The position numbers and the translations under genes are program-made. The notes beneath the pieces are model-generated. The model was given only the letters and a program-made list of their open reading frames with translations, had not been told where the DNA came from and made no database searches. 64,000 bases of DNA from Deinococcus sp. (GTDB lineage: Bacteria > Deinococcota > Deinococci > Deinococcales > Deinococcaceae): NCBI GenBank assembly GCA_965261005.1, contig OZ253375.1, forward strand, positions 1,408,001 to 1,472,000, written 5' to 3'. Positions 49,000 to 58,741 of the stretch are shown here, one piece after another; positions within the stretch are counted from its first letter, which is position 1, and every line of letters begins with the position of its first letter.

Positions 49000-49028
49000 T
49001 TGACCCTCCCGGGCGCGGCGGCTATACT
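49000..49028 (+). promoter_or_regulatory. Promoter of tRNA-Gln
   Basis: TTGACC-N17-TATACT. Confidence 0.7.
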
Positions 49029-49079
49029 TCCAACGGCCGAAGGCTCTTCGGGCGGGCGTCCAAAGCGTCCTGAATGTGG

Positions 49080-49153
49080 TGGGGCATCGTCTAACGGCAG
49101 GACAACGCTCTTTGGAAGCGTCGATCATGGTTCGAATCCATGTGCCCCAGCCA
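49080..49153 (+). tRNA. tRNA-Gln(TTG); probable integration site
   Basis: TGGGGCA/TGCCCCA stem, ACGCT-CTTTGGA-AGCGT, CCA. Confidence 0.95.
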
Positions 49154-49223
49154 AGAGAAAACCGCGTCTGAGACGCGGTTTTTGCTTTTGAGGGTTGGTG
49201 AATTTTCGGCGCAGCGCCCATTT

Positions 49224-49245
49224 TGGCGTAGTAGTGGCGTAGTAG
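49224..49245. repeat. 11-bp tandem repeat, candidate integrase arm-type sites
   Basis: TGGCGTAGTAG x2 between tRNA-Gln and the integrase stop codon. Confidence 0.6.
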
Positions 49246-49246
49246 C

Positions 49247-50572
49247 TCAGTTCAGCACCGCCACCTGTAGCACTTGGGCCGGGGCCAAATCGTCAAAGAG
49301 GTCCACCACATAGGCCCGCTTTTCGTTGTCGAAGACGTGCCTGTAAATGTCCAGGGTGATGCTTACGCTGGCATGGCCCAAAATCTTGCTCACCACCTCC
49401 ACCGGCACGCCGCGCTTGAGGGCCAGGGTTGCGTAAGTGTGGCGCAAATCGTGAGGCGAGCGGCTGGGCAGCTTGGCGCCGGCCGTCACCTCGGCGCGCA
49501 GGCGGGCCACAGCCTCACGGGGGGCGCTGGCGGCCAGGTGGCGGGCCTTGGCCTCGAAGGCGTCCGGGTCGCTCCACTCAAGGACGCGCTTCATGGTGCG
49601 GTTGAGGTTGTCCGGGGCTACCTCGCCGCCCAGCTCACCCGCGATCACGGCGTCTGAGGCGGTCCAGGCATCGCCGGCCGTCTCGCACTCCCTCGCCTGC
49701 TTGACGCGCAGCTCTTGAAGCATTCGCACCAGACTTTGCGGCATGGGAATGTCCCGGCGTGAGGCGGCCGTCTTCGGCTCCCCAGTCACCGTGCCCTTCA
49801 CGCCGCCCGTGCGAACGCGGCGCACGTGCAACACGCCCCGCCCAAGGTCCACATGCGCCCAGGTGAGGCCCGCCACCTCTTCACGGCGCAAGCCCAGGGA
49901 GAGGGCCAGAAACAGGGCGGGAAACAGGCGGCACACGCCCACGGCCTCCAGCGCCCAGCCAATCGCGGCGAAGCGCTGCACCTCGGCTTCATCGAAGACC
50001 TCACCGGCCGAAATGGGCACGGCCAGCTTGCCGCGCTTGACGCCCTCCATCGGGTTCACGTAAATGATTTGGTCGCTGACCGCCTCACGAAACAGTGAGC
50101 GCAGCTTGGCGCGCACGTGCAAGAGGGTACGCGGCGCCATCGTGCCGCCGCGCTGCATGGGGCGGGCCTGAAGGGTCGCCATCAAATCCTTGAGGTGCTG
50201 GGGGCGCACGTCGCGCACGCGCTTCTTGCCGATGTGTTCCAGGGCGTAGCCCAGCAACTCCCCGGCGCGCTTCTGGGTTTTGGGCTTCACGTCATGCTGG
50301 CGCTTCAGCCACCGCTCGGCGTACTCGCTCACGGTCACGTCTTCGGTTGCGCCGATCAGGCCGCGTGAGTAATCCGTCAGGGCCGCGCTCTTGGCACTTT
50401 CGGCCTCGCCTTTGGTCAGCTCATAGCCTGAGCGTGAAATGCGCGTGCCGTCCGCCCGGTAGCCCAGCGTGATTTCCCAACGGTGCTTCTTGCCGACTTG
50501 CCGCACGGTGCCCTGACCGTTGCCGCGCTGCTTGGTCTTCTTCTCTTTCGGCCCCTCTGCCTTGCGCGCCAT
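49247..50572 (-). CDS. Tyrosine recombinase/integrase
   Basis: RGNGQGTV N-terminus, GLRREEVAGL, PKT, HDLRHTYAT, LGHASVSITLDIY. Confidence 0.96.
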   Translation of the reverse strand: MARKAEGPKEKKTKQRGNGQGTVRQVGKKHRWEITLGYRADGTRISRSGYELTKGEAESAKSAALTDYSRGLIGATEDVTVSEYAERWLKRQHDVKPKTQKRAGELLGYALEHIGKKRVRDVRPQHLKDLMATLQARPMQRGGTMAPRTLLHVRAKLRSLFREAVSDQIIYVNPMEGVKRGKLAVPISAGEVFDEAEVQRFAAIGWALEAVGVCRLFPALFLALSLGLRREEVAGLTWAHVDLGRGVLHVRRVRTGGVKGTVTGEPKTAASRRDIPMPQSLVRMLQELRVKQARECETAGDAWTASDAVIAGELGGEVAPDNLNRTMKRVLEWSDPDAFEAKARHLAASAPREAVARLRAEVTAGAKLPSRSPHDLRHTYATLALKRGVPVEVVSKILGHASVSITLDIYRHVFDNEKRAYVVDLFDDLAPAQVLQVAVLN

Positions 50573-50574
50573 GC

Positions 50575-50790
50575 TCAGCCTTCCTTCTTGACGGCCACCA
50601 GTTCCAGGCCCAGCGCGTCGAGCACCTTTTGCCAGTTGTCGGGAATGCTCCCACTGCGCCCGGTCAGAAGGCGGGCCACGTTGGGCTGTTGCATCCCGGT
50701 CATCTCGGCCAACTTCTCTTGTGTGATGCCCTGCGCCTTCATGCGCTTGCGGGCCGCTTGCCGTACTTGCTCGTTCATCGTTCGCACCAT
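50575..50790 (-). CDS. Xre-family helix-turn-helix regulator
   Basis: GITQEKLAEMTGMQQPNVARL; start uncertain (50778, 50790 or 50805). Confidence 0.88.
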   Translation of the reverse strand: MVRTMNEQVRQAARKRMKAQGITQEKLAEMTGMQQPNVARLLTGRSGSIPDNWQKVLDALGLELVAVKKEG

Positions 50791-50798
50791 ATCACCTC

Positions 50799-50840
50799 TT
50801 GACATAGTATATCATAGTTTGGTATTATATCAATACCAAA
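50799..50840. promoter_or_regulatory. Divergent promoter region with operator palindrome
   Basis: TTGACA-N18-TATTAT overlapped by TTTGGTATT-ATATC-AATACCAAA (50818-50840). Confidence 0.65.
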
Positions 50841-50903
50841 GAAGAGCGCCCGCCCTAGGAAGCAAAAGCGCCCTTCTTTGAGTCCCCACCGCGAGGTAAG
50901 AAC

Positions 50904-51242
50904 ATGAAAGAGAATACCAGCACCGCCCGCCCCTTCAGCCTTCCCCACACCGGCATTGTCTTCGACAACCGCATCACCGGCGAGCGCGCCGAAGTCACCG
51001 CTGACGGCGTGGCCCTCTACTGCGAAGGCACGGGCAGCCCCGTGGAAGTCGTGACCGTCACCCGTGGCCGCGCGCTCTGCTGGACCCTCAAGGTCCGCGA
51101 GGCGATGGCTTACGACTTGTACGGCTTTCTCTTCGGCACGTTGGGCCTGACCCTTCACAAAGAGCTGGACCTGGGCGAGTACGGCCTGTTTGCCCTGCCC
51201 AAGTACCAGCCGGCCGAAGGGATGGCCCAGGCGGCGGACTGA
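50904..51242 (+). CDS. Hypothetical protein divergent from xre
   Basis: GAGG RBS, strong codon bias, hairpin GGGCCGGG-TGAAAAG-CCCGGCCC after the stop. Confidence 0.7.
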   Translation: MKENTSTARPFSLPHTGIVFDNRITGERAEVTADGVALYCEGTGSPVEVVTVTRGRALCWTLKVREAMAYDLYGFLFGTLGLTLHKELDLGEYGLFALPKYQPAEGMAQAAD

Positions 51243-51271
51243 GGAAACGGGGCCGGGTGAAAAGCCCGGCC

Positions 51272-51667
51272 CTAAGAACGCTTTAGCTTCAACGCCTCTT
51301 CTAGAACTTCCCAGGGCACGGCGCGACGAAAAGCCGCGCACTGAGTCGCCGGTCGCCCGCCAGCACTGAGAATGGCGTCACGGCCCGCGAGGGTTGCCGC
51401 TTTGAGCTTCACGGCCTCAGTAAGCCACAGCAGCCCAGGCGCACATTGAAAGTGGTTATAGATGAAACGGGCGTCCCGGTCCCAAGACTGGCGACCATAA
51501 GCGCCCGGCCCGCCATACTCGCCCAACCAGCCTAGCCAGTGTTCTTTCTGCGAGCGATACCAAGCGCCATACCCTGCCCCGGTACGCTGCTGCCGTTCCA
51601 GAGCCTCAGTTATTGGGGCGTGTTCAGAAAGGTTCCCGATCAGGTGCCGGAACTCTTCGGGAGTCAT
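51272..51667 (-). CDS. Hypothetical protein (WYRSQKEHWLGWLGEY..PGAYGR motif)
   Basis: Trp/Tyr-rich globular-looking 131-aa ORF downstream of the R-M gene. Confidence 0.7.
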   Translation of the reverse strand: MTPEEFRHLIGNLSEHAPITEALERQQRTGAGYGAWYRSQKEHWLGWLGEYGGPGAYGRQSWDRDARFIYNHFQCAPGLLWLTEAVKLKAATLAGRDAILSAGGRPATQCAAFRRAVPWEVLEEALKLKRS

Positions 51668-52322
51668 TGTCAGCAGTCCAGCTTCTGCTATGTAAACGGT
51701 AAGGCTGACGGCTTCCCCTTTCGATGCCCGCCCTCAAGCCGGGGTGGTTTCGCTTTCCCAGCTCGCCCGCTCCAAGTTCAGCGCCAGCAAGCGCGCCAGC
51801 ACCTCATCCTCTTCGAGCGGCCATGTCCAGCCATAGGCCGCCGCCACGGCCACGTCGAGCTGGCCGTGGGCATCGGCCAGCGACCGCACGCCCTCATTCG
51901 CCGCGCTGCCTGTAGTTCGGTAGTCGCCCAGCGCGTTGTACATGCCGGTGAGGGTCAGGCCCTTGTTCTTCAAATAGGCGCGGCATTGCTCCAGGTAACG
52001 GGCCGCCTGGGCGACCTGTTCCCGCTGGGCTTCGGTAGGGTGGGGAAAGGGGAAGGTTTCAAAGGTCGTGGTGGGGGTGTAGCGGGGGCGGTCTTCAAGG
52101 CTTGTTCCTTGCCGCGCAGCCCAGAAAACATGGATGCCGCTGTTCAGCACGCCGAAGGTGAAGTCATCATCGGCGGCGATCACGGTTATGGTTTTGGATG
52201 GAACGTATACGCGATCAATCCATACAAAAGCGCGATGCTTTGCCACCTCTGACGTGCCGATAAACCGACGGTTTAAGTTAACGAGGGCACTACGCATTGC
52301 AGGCGAAGAGCGCTTATAAAGC

Positions 52323-53797
52323 GTAACTGCTCAGCCGGAAAGCAGCAGGGGCTGTAAAGCGGGAAGGAAGAGGGCAAGCAAGCTGAGGAAAACAGCGTGA
52401 CCTTGTTTGCGCAGCGTCGAGACGAAGGAGCGAATGCGGGCGAAGTGTGAGGCCCCCTTGCCTCGGAAGCTGCCGGAGACCTTTTGGCGCAGCTTGACCA
52501 TGCGCAAGTCCCGCTCGGCCAAGTTGTTGGTGAAGGGCACCCGGAAGTCATGAGTGAAGCGCAGCACCGCGTCCTGGTGTTTGTGAAGCCGGTCGAGCAG
52601 ATTCTTGCCCCGACGCTGCCGCTGCTTGCCACGCTGTCTTTTGGGCAGGGTGGGCAAGGTGGCGTGGTGCTTGAAGCCTGCGGCGAGGGCGCTTTGGTAA
52701 CGCTGCTGCACTTCATGCCGCTGGGCTGGGGACAACTGGTCGTTCCCCTGCACCTTGGCGTCTTCGACGTGTTGCCTGGCACGATGCAACACCGTCTGCA
52801 TCTCTGCCGCCCAGTCTTCGTGCTCGAACTCGACCAGTGCGCGCAACTCCCGCAGCAAATGGGCAGCGCACAACGCGTGCTTGATGTCCAGACTGAAGTA
52901 CATCCCGTAAGCGTCGTGCAGCACGGTGCCCTGGAAGTCATTCAGCACGCCTGTCTGCACCAGCGCTGCTTTGCCACGTGAAGCGTGCGCGCTCAGCAGC
53001 GTCCAACGGGCGTTGGAGACCACATGCAGCCAAGCGTTTTGACCGTCCTGCCGGTAGCTTGTTTCGTCCGCGTGCAGAACGCCTGAGCGCTGCAATGCCT
53101 GCTGGGCGTGTTGCTCGAAGTCGTTCAGCTGCTGATAGGCACGTTCACTAGCACTGAGCACCGTCGCTTCACACAGCTCCACTCCGAACAACTCGTGCAT
53201 GGCCTCGCACGTGCGTGCCAGACTCAAATACTGCGTCTGGTGTAGATACAAGGCCAGGGTCAACACGTGCGGCCCGTATTGCACTCGGCTTGGTGTGGCT
53301 GCTGGAAAAGCAGCTTGCTCCCGTCGTCCACACTCAGGGCAGCACTTCACCTCCACCTGGTGCTCAGTGACGAAGAGCTTCACCTCGGGCAAGTCGAACA
53401 CCTGGCGTCCCACCGACGCGCTCGCTTCGATGCTGTCCCAACTTGCCCCACAAGGACACTGCCCCAACAGCGGGTGGACGATCACTTCATCGGGATGCTC
53501 CACCATCTTCAGCGTCTTACCTTGACGCCCGCGTTGCCCACCACTCGCCTTGTCAAGCTTGCGCTCAGGACTGGGGTAGCGGGGTGGCTTGGGAAAGTCG
53601 CTCGAAGGCGGCTTGCTCGATAAGCTGCTGCTCAGCTTCAGCTGCCGTTCCAATTCGGCGATGCGCTCCAGTGCCAACAGCAGTTGGCGTTTCAGCTCGA
53701 CGTTCTCGGCCAGCACTTCGTTGTACTTCGCTGCGCCGTTCATGCGCTCACCTTACCCCATCATTCCTTCCCACCCCTTCTTCGCCTGAGCAGTTAC
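52323..53797 (-). mobile_element. IS66 family insertion sequence (single-ORF, ISBst12-like), 1475 bp
   Basis: Terminal IRs GTAACTGCTCAG / CTGAGCAGTTAC; 8-bp direct repeat TATAAAGC at 52315-52322 and 53798-53805. Confidence 0.95.
52331..53743 (-). CDS. IS66 family transposase
   Basis: SSKPPSSD, GGQRGRQG, zinc-finger cysteines, LHADET, CAAHLLREL, PFTNNLAERDLRMVK. Confidence 0.95.
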   Translation of the reverse strand: MNGAAKYNEVLAENVELKRQLLLALERIAELERQLKLSSSLSSKPPSSDFPKPPRYPSPERKLDKASGGQRGRQGKTLKMVEHPDEVIVHPLLGQCPCGASWDSIEASASVGRQVFDLPEVKLFVTEHQVEVKCCPECGRREQAAFPAATPSRVQYGPHVLTLALYLHQTQYLSLARTCEAMHELFGVELCEATVLSASERAYQQLNDFEQHAQQALQRSGVLHADETSYRQDGQNAWLHVVSNARWTLLSAHASRGKAALVQTGVLNDFQGTVLHDAYGMYFSLDIKHALCAAHLLRELRALVEFEHEDWAAEMQTVLHRARQHVEDAKVQGNDQLSPAQRHEVQQRYQSALAAGFKHHATLPTLPKRQRGKQRQRRGKNLLDRLHKHQDAVLRFTHDFRVPFTNNLAERDLRMVKLRQKVSGSFRGKGASHFARIRSFVSTLRKQGHAVFLSLLALFLPALQPLLLSG

Positions 53798-56181
53798 TAT
53801 AAAGCCACCATCTTTCTCTCGTTAGTTTCTCATTCGTTTTCTCTCTGATTGGTTTTACGTTCTCTAGGACGTATTGCATTGGGCGCCGATACTTCTCAGC
53901 TTCTTCGAGTGGCATCTGACTGAAATCTATAGTCCAGCGATCCGAAGACTTGTCAGTAATGTCATCTCCACCGATGTACGGCTTGAGAACGTCAGCATTG
54001 CTTACCCCAGACGGATTGAGCAAGTCCAGCCATTCCCGCGCCTTGCTTCCCGGCACATCAAATTTCCCCCCAGGCGCAACACCAATGAACGAGCGTCCCG
54101 CGTTTTCCTTCAAACGCTGGGCCTTTGATAGGTCCATGTCCGTTGCCGTCAGGTCCGGGTGAATGCGCTCAACCTCGCGGGCGACTGTCTCACGCTTGTC
54201 CGGGTCAAACTCCGGCCCGGTGTGATGCTTCAACTCGCGCCGCTTCTGCGCCCCATCATCAAAGCCGACGATGCTCACGCGCACCGCCGCCCCGTCTTGT
54301 ACCCAGGCGCGATCAGGCCAAGCGAAAAAGATTCCGCCCGTTTCGCTGATTCGTTCCAGTACCACGCGGTTTTTCCCGCCCCGAATGCTGTTGGTGCTGA
54401 TAAGTCCTGCCCGTTTCGCTACACCCGATTCAATTTGTTCGCGCGCTTTCTCGAACCAGTACGCTACCAAGTCGGCAAAACCTGGCACGCGCCCTTTGTA
54501 AGCGGCGCGCAGGGCGTCCGTATACTCATTTCCCAACGCGGCTCGCATCGGCGAATATCCCAGGAACGGCGGGTTGCCCACGATGAACTCGGCGATAGGC
54601 CAGATGGCCGGCTTGTCCCCCGCCAGCACCGCGTCCCGGTTCTGCAAGCCGCTCAGCTTCTCCAGCAAGGGGTCTTGCCGGATCGGCTCGCCGTGTTCCG
54701 CCTGCCACTGCAAAAAGCCGATCCACAGCACCATGCCCGCGATCTCGTGCGCGTAGGGGCTGACTTCCAAGCCGCGCATCTGCTTCGGGCTGACCTTCAC
54801 CGGCGCGCTTTGGTCCGTCAGCAGCCGCAAGGTCGCCCGCGCCTCCGCCTCCAAGTCCAGCAGTAGGCGCAGCGTGACGTACAGGAAGTTCCCCGATCCC
54901 ATCGCCGGGTCAAGGACGTTCACCCCGGCTAGGCGGTTCTGAAACGCCTCCAGCCGTTCCCGCGCCGCCCGTCTGGCCTCTTCCCACAGCGGGGCCGCGT
55001 CGAACAGGTCCGTTCCCTGCGGCTTGTGGGCTTCGATGGTCTTCACCAGCGGGGCGAGGTCGGTACGCACCGCCTCCCATTCCCGCCGGAGTGGCGTCAT
55101 CACCACCGGCTCCACCACGTCCAGAATGTCGGCTAAGGGCGTGTAGTGGGCGCCGAGCTGCGCCCTCTTGGCCGGGTCAATGATGCGCTCAAAGAGGGTG
55201 CCGAAGATGCTGGGGTCAATGGCGGTCCAGTCGTGCCGTGAGGCGCGCTGCAAGGTCTGAATTTCCCTCAAGGTCAGGTCCGGCGCGCTGGCGTCGCTGA
55301 ACACCTCGCCGTTGACGTGCGGAATGCGCCCGATCACGCTCACCCCACCCGCGCTCATCAGCGAGAAGAGCTGTTGGCACATCGGCCTGAAGTCTTCGGG
55401 GTGGTCCAACGCCGCCTCTAGCAGTTGCCCGAAGGTCTGACGGGGTAAAAGCTTGGCGTCCTCGGCAAACAGGGTGAAGACGCACTTGACCAGAAAGTGC
55501 GCGATGAAGTCCGGCGTGAACAGCGGCGTTCCGTCTTGACCCGTGCGGGCCTTGAGAGCGTCGCCGGCCGCCAGCAGCTCACGCACGATGGCTTCGGTAA
55601 CGAGGTCGCGCCTAGAAGTGGGATCGAAGGCGCTCGGCCGGGTCCAGGCTTCTCTTAACTTGGCGCGCTTGACGTCGAGAAGCAGGTCGTCCAAGGTGAA
55701 GGTCTCGACTTGCTTTTGGGTGCCGGTGAAGTTGGTGTGGACTTCGATCAGGCTGAGGTCCGACACCATCAGCAGCGGGGGGTTCTCCAAATCTTCGCGG
55801 TAGGCGAGGAGTTGGGTATATGCCTTCTTGAGGTCGGCGCCCTTGCCCTTGTACTCCAGGGCGAAGTGACCGCGAAACCAGACGTCCGCGAAGCCCTTGC
55901 CGCCCGTGACCTTGGCGACGTAGCGCTCAAAGGTGTAGGTGTCGCCGGTCGGGTCGGCCTCTATCGGCGTCGGGACGCCCAGCAGCCGGCACAGGTCGAG
56001 GAAGTGCTCCTGGGCGCTGGCCCGCTCTTTGTTCGCGGCGGCCCGCCACTTGCCGACAAAGGCTTCCGGGGTCATTGCCGGCCAGTTTAGCGGCCGGAAC
56101 AGGCGGTCGCGCCGGCCCATTTCACGCTGTCGAGAAAATGATAAGGGAGCCGCAGGTGCAAGCTGTACACTCAGGCCAAGC

Positions 56182-58215
56182 ATGTACGACTACGACCTGT
56201 CCCGGCGCCAGCAGCAAGGTCAGCAGCGGCCCCAACAGGAGCGCCCGCTCGCCTTTGCAGCCCCGCCCCAGCCGAGAACAGCCGCCTCCGACCGGGCAGA
56301 AGCCAAAAGCCGGCTCAAGCGGGCGCGCGACAGGCTGACGCACGCCGAGGAGAACCAACCGGAGACGGTCACGGCCTATAAGGCGCGCTACCAAGACGCC
56401 CTCGCCAGCCTGGACGCCTACCCACTGACCCCAGCAGAGCGGGCGAACCAAACCAAGTTCCTCCACTTCGATCCCCACAGGGACCTGTCTGGTGGCCCCG
56501 AACAGTTTTCACAAGAGCTGTACGAGCTGGCCTTTTCCCTCGACGGCATGTCCCTTGTGCTCGGCAAGCCGGCGATCAACCCGGCCAAGCTGAAACAACT
56601 CCTGCTCGCCCTCCCCGAAGAAAAGCTGAAAGACCTCTCCCGGCTCTACGTCGGTCGCCACGACAACAAGCAGGAATCCTTCTTCGTCAAGCTCACCGAC
56701 CTGCTCGGCACCGCGAAGGCCGTTCACCTGATGCGCGCCATCAACATGCCGCTGCCCATAGACGGGGAGCGGCTGACCTATGACGCCTTTATCGAACAGC
56801 TCACCGTCCGGCTGGCCTACATGAACGACGCCGAGTTCAGCGACCACGACGACAAGCAGGGCGCCCACCCCGCCAAGCTGCTGACGGCCTTCGGGTACAC
56901 GGCCGAACCGTTGGTGCTCGGCAAGTGGGGGTTGCAGTTCCGGGTGTTCCGGCCGGACGGCAAGCATGAAGCGCTGAACGCCAAGTACCCCCAGGTCATC
57001 CTCGCCCTGCGCGGCACCGAGGGCATCGGCTTTGACGTGGACGGGGCCGCCGTCCTCAAAAAGCTCGCCCAACAGGCGGGACCGCCCAACACAGCGCAGG
57101 GGGCGGACGTACAAGCCGCCATTGAGAGCGGGCTGGACACCTTGGTGGGAGACGGCATCGCCGCCGGCATCGGCTTACCGCAATTCGACCAGAACCAAGC
57201 GCTGATCGCGCAGTGGGTCCAACACGCCGCCCAGCTGAGCGCCACGGGCAAGCTGTGGGTTTCCGGGCACAGCTTGGGCGGCGCCCTGGCGCAGATCGTG
57301 GCCTCCCGCTTCGAGGGGAGCGTCAGCCGGGTCGTCACCTTCGAGTCGGCGGGCGTCAACCAAAAGGATGTTCAAAGCGTCGCCAAGAACAACAGGACAC
57401 ACGCGGGGGACAGCTTTACGAACAACGTGATCGGCGCCACCCACTACCGGGTGCGGGGGGACATCGTGCCGAACGGCGGGGACGGCTTTTTGCCAGGGAT
57501 CATTCAGTACTTCGACCGCTTGGAGAAGGGCAAGAACGACGCGGGCTTCACCAGCAGCACGGCGCTGCGGCCGGGACACTGGGCGGACTTCGCCACCAAA
57601 ACGCACGTCGCCTATCCGCTGACGGCCTGGCTGGGCAGCATGGACCCCGGCAACCTGACGGCGCAACAGAAGGCGATCCTTCAGTACGGCGTCAAGGACC
57701 GGCAATACACCGAACACCCCGGCACCCAAGTCCAGATGAACTATGAGGCGCAAGAGCACAGCGACTTCGATCCCCGGCTGAGCATGGAGACGGCGCGGGA
57801 CTGGGCGGCGCTGCTGGACATGACCAAGGACCTCTACGCCGGCACCTTCCAAGCCAACGTCGCCTACAACCTCTTGCTCGAAGAGGTCGAGAACCGGGTC
57901 AAGCAGATCGAAGACCCCAAGGACCTGGACAAGGTGCGGGCGTGGCTGAACAGCGGCGAGGCGGCGCACTTGCCGCTTTCCGAGAACGCCAAGCGCTTGG
58001 CGATTCAGATGGGACTGCCCGATTATACCGAAGACTTCGATCATCCCTTCGCCAACGCCCTGCCCATCCCCTCCTTCGCCTATAAAGCTTCCTTCTACAA
58101 GATGGCAAAGGATAAGGGTGTGAAGATTTCAGATAGGGTGTTGCGCGATGTTTTGAATCGCGTTCCCCAAATTTGGGAAATGTGGCATCCGGGCAAGAAG
58201 GCAAAGAGAACATGA
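56182..58215 (+). CDS. Lipase class 3-like alpha/beta hydrolase with long N-terminal extension; candidate effector
   Basis: ILALRGTEG, VSGHSLGGALAQ, VTFESAGV, GDIVP, downstream His; Q/R/P-rich N-terminus; no signal peptide. Confidence 0.75.
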   Translation: MYDYDLSRRQQQGQQRPQQERPLAFAAPPQPRTAASDRAEAKSRLKRARDRLTHAEENQPETVTAYKARYQDALASLDAYPLTPAERANQTKFLHFDPHRDLSGGPEQFSQELYELAFSLDGMSLVLGKPAINPAKLKQLLLALPEEKLKDLSRLYVGRHDNKQESFFVKLTDLLGTAKAVHLMRAINMPLPIDGERLTYDAFIEQLTVRLAYMNDAEFSDHDDKQGAHPAKLLTAFGYTAEPLVLGKWGLQFRVFRPDGKHEALNAKYPQVILALRGTEGIGFDVDGAAVLKKLAQQAGPPNTAQGADVQAAIESGLDTLVGDGIAAGIGLPQFDQNQALIAQWVQHAAQLSATGKLWVSGHSLGGALAQIVASRFEGSVSRVVTFESAGVNQKDVQSVAKNNRTHAGDSFTNNVIGATHYRVRGDIVPNGGDGFLPGIIQYFDRLEKGKNDAGFTSSTALRPGHWADFATKTHVAYPLTAWLGSMDPGNLTAQQKAILQYGVKDRQYTEHPGTQVQMNYEAQEHSDFDPRLSMETARDWAALLDMTKDLYAGTFQANVAYNLLLEEVENRVKQIEDPKDLDKVRAWLNSGEAAHLPLSENAKRLAIQMGLPDYTEDFDHPFANALPIPSFAYKASFYKMAKDKGVKISDRVLRDVLNRVPQIWEMWHPGKKAKRT

Positions 58216-58700
58216 GTCTGCGCCTTATTTTGACTGTTTTAGTCGGCCTTTTTGCTATTAGCGTATTCGCCTATGCCGTAAGTCAAAAAGGGGCCGATAG
58301 AGTGACAACGCACTATACAACCGAAGCATTATTTGCAGAGATCAAAGCCAAAACTGAGAGCATAGGACTTAAGACTATACCCTGCCCGGAAGACACCACT
58401 ATAAAAGGGAACATACATCAATACTGTGCGGCTGCAAAAGGCGACTTGAAGACTGTTGCCGCTCAGATTGAGGAGGTCTTGGGCCAAGGTTGGTCCTACG
58501 ACATGCCTTGGCGCACTGATTACGGCGCTACCGCTTCCTCTTTCAAGCTCGACGCTCAACCTAACCTTGTCGTGGGTTTTGACTATGTTCCTAAGACGAT
58601 GACTGTGGTTGAGGGCTTCGAGCCATTAAAAGACTATGACGCTATGGTTGCGGTTATCGTTGAGGATGACAGCGAAGATAAAACGGCACCCGGCACCTAA
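58212..58700 (+). CDS. Exported or membrane-anchored low-GC protein; candidate immunity partner
   Basis: ATGA overlap with the lipase stop; hydrophobic N-terminus LILTVLVGLFAISVFAYA; two Cys; AT-rich codons. Confidence 0.75.
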   Translation: MSLRLILTVLVGLFAISVFAYAVSQKGADRVTTHYTTEALFAEIKAKTESIGLKTIPCPEDTTIKGNIHQYCAAAKGDLKTVAAQIEEVLGQGWSYDMPWRTDYGATASSFKLDAQPNLVVGFDYVPKTMTVVEGFEPLKDYDAMVAVIVEDDSEDKTAPGT

Positions 58701-58741
58701 ATGTTTTTCCGCCCCCTTCTTCCAAAGCTTGCGCGTAAGGG

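Larger units (their letters stand above)
51734..56075 (-). pseudogene. MmeI-like type IIL restriction-modification enzyme interrupted by IS66
   Basis: N-terminal ADVW..FALEYK nuclease motif, GAHYTP, DPAMGSGNFL, IVGNPPF; C-terminal piece (PRYTPTTTFETFPFP) rejoins in frame (..RWWLY-KRSSPAMR..) when the IS plus one TSD copy is removed, giving 952 aa. Confidence 0.9.

Noticed and set aside
55939..56181. Extended overlapping starts for the lipase (55939) and R-M gene (56183)
   Set aside because: They would overlap head-to-head; family-typical or TAnnnT-supported starts are at 56075 and 56182
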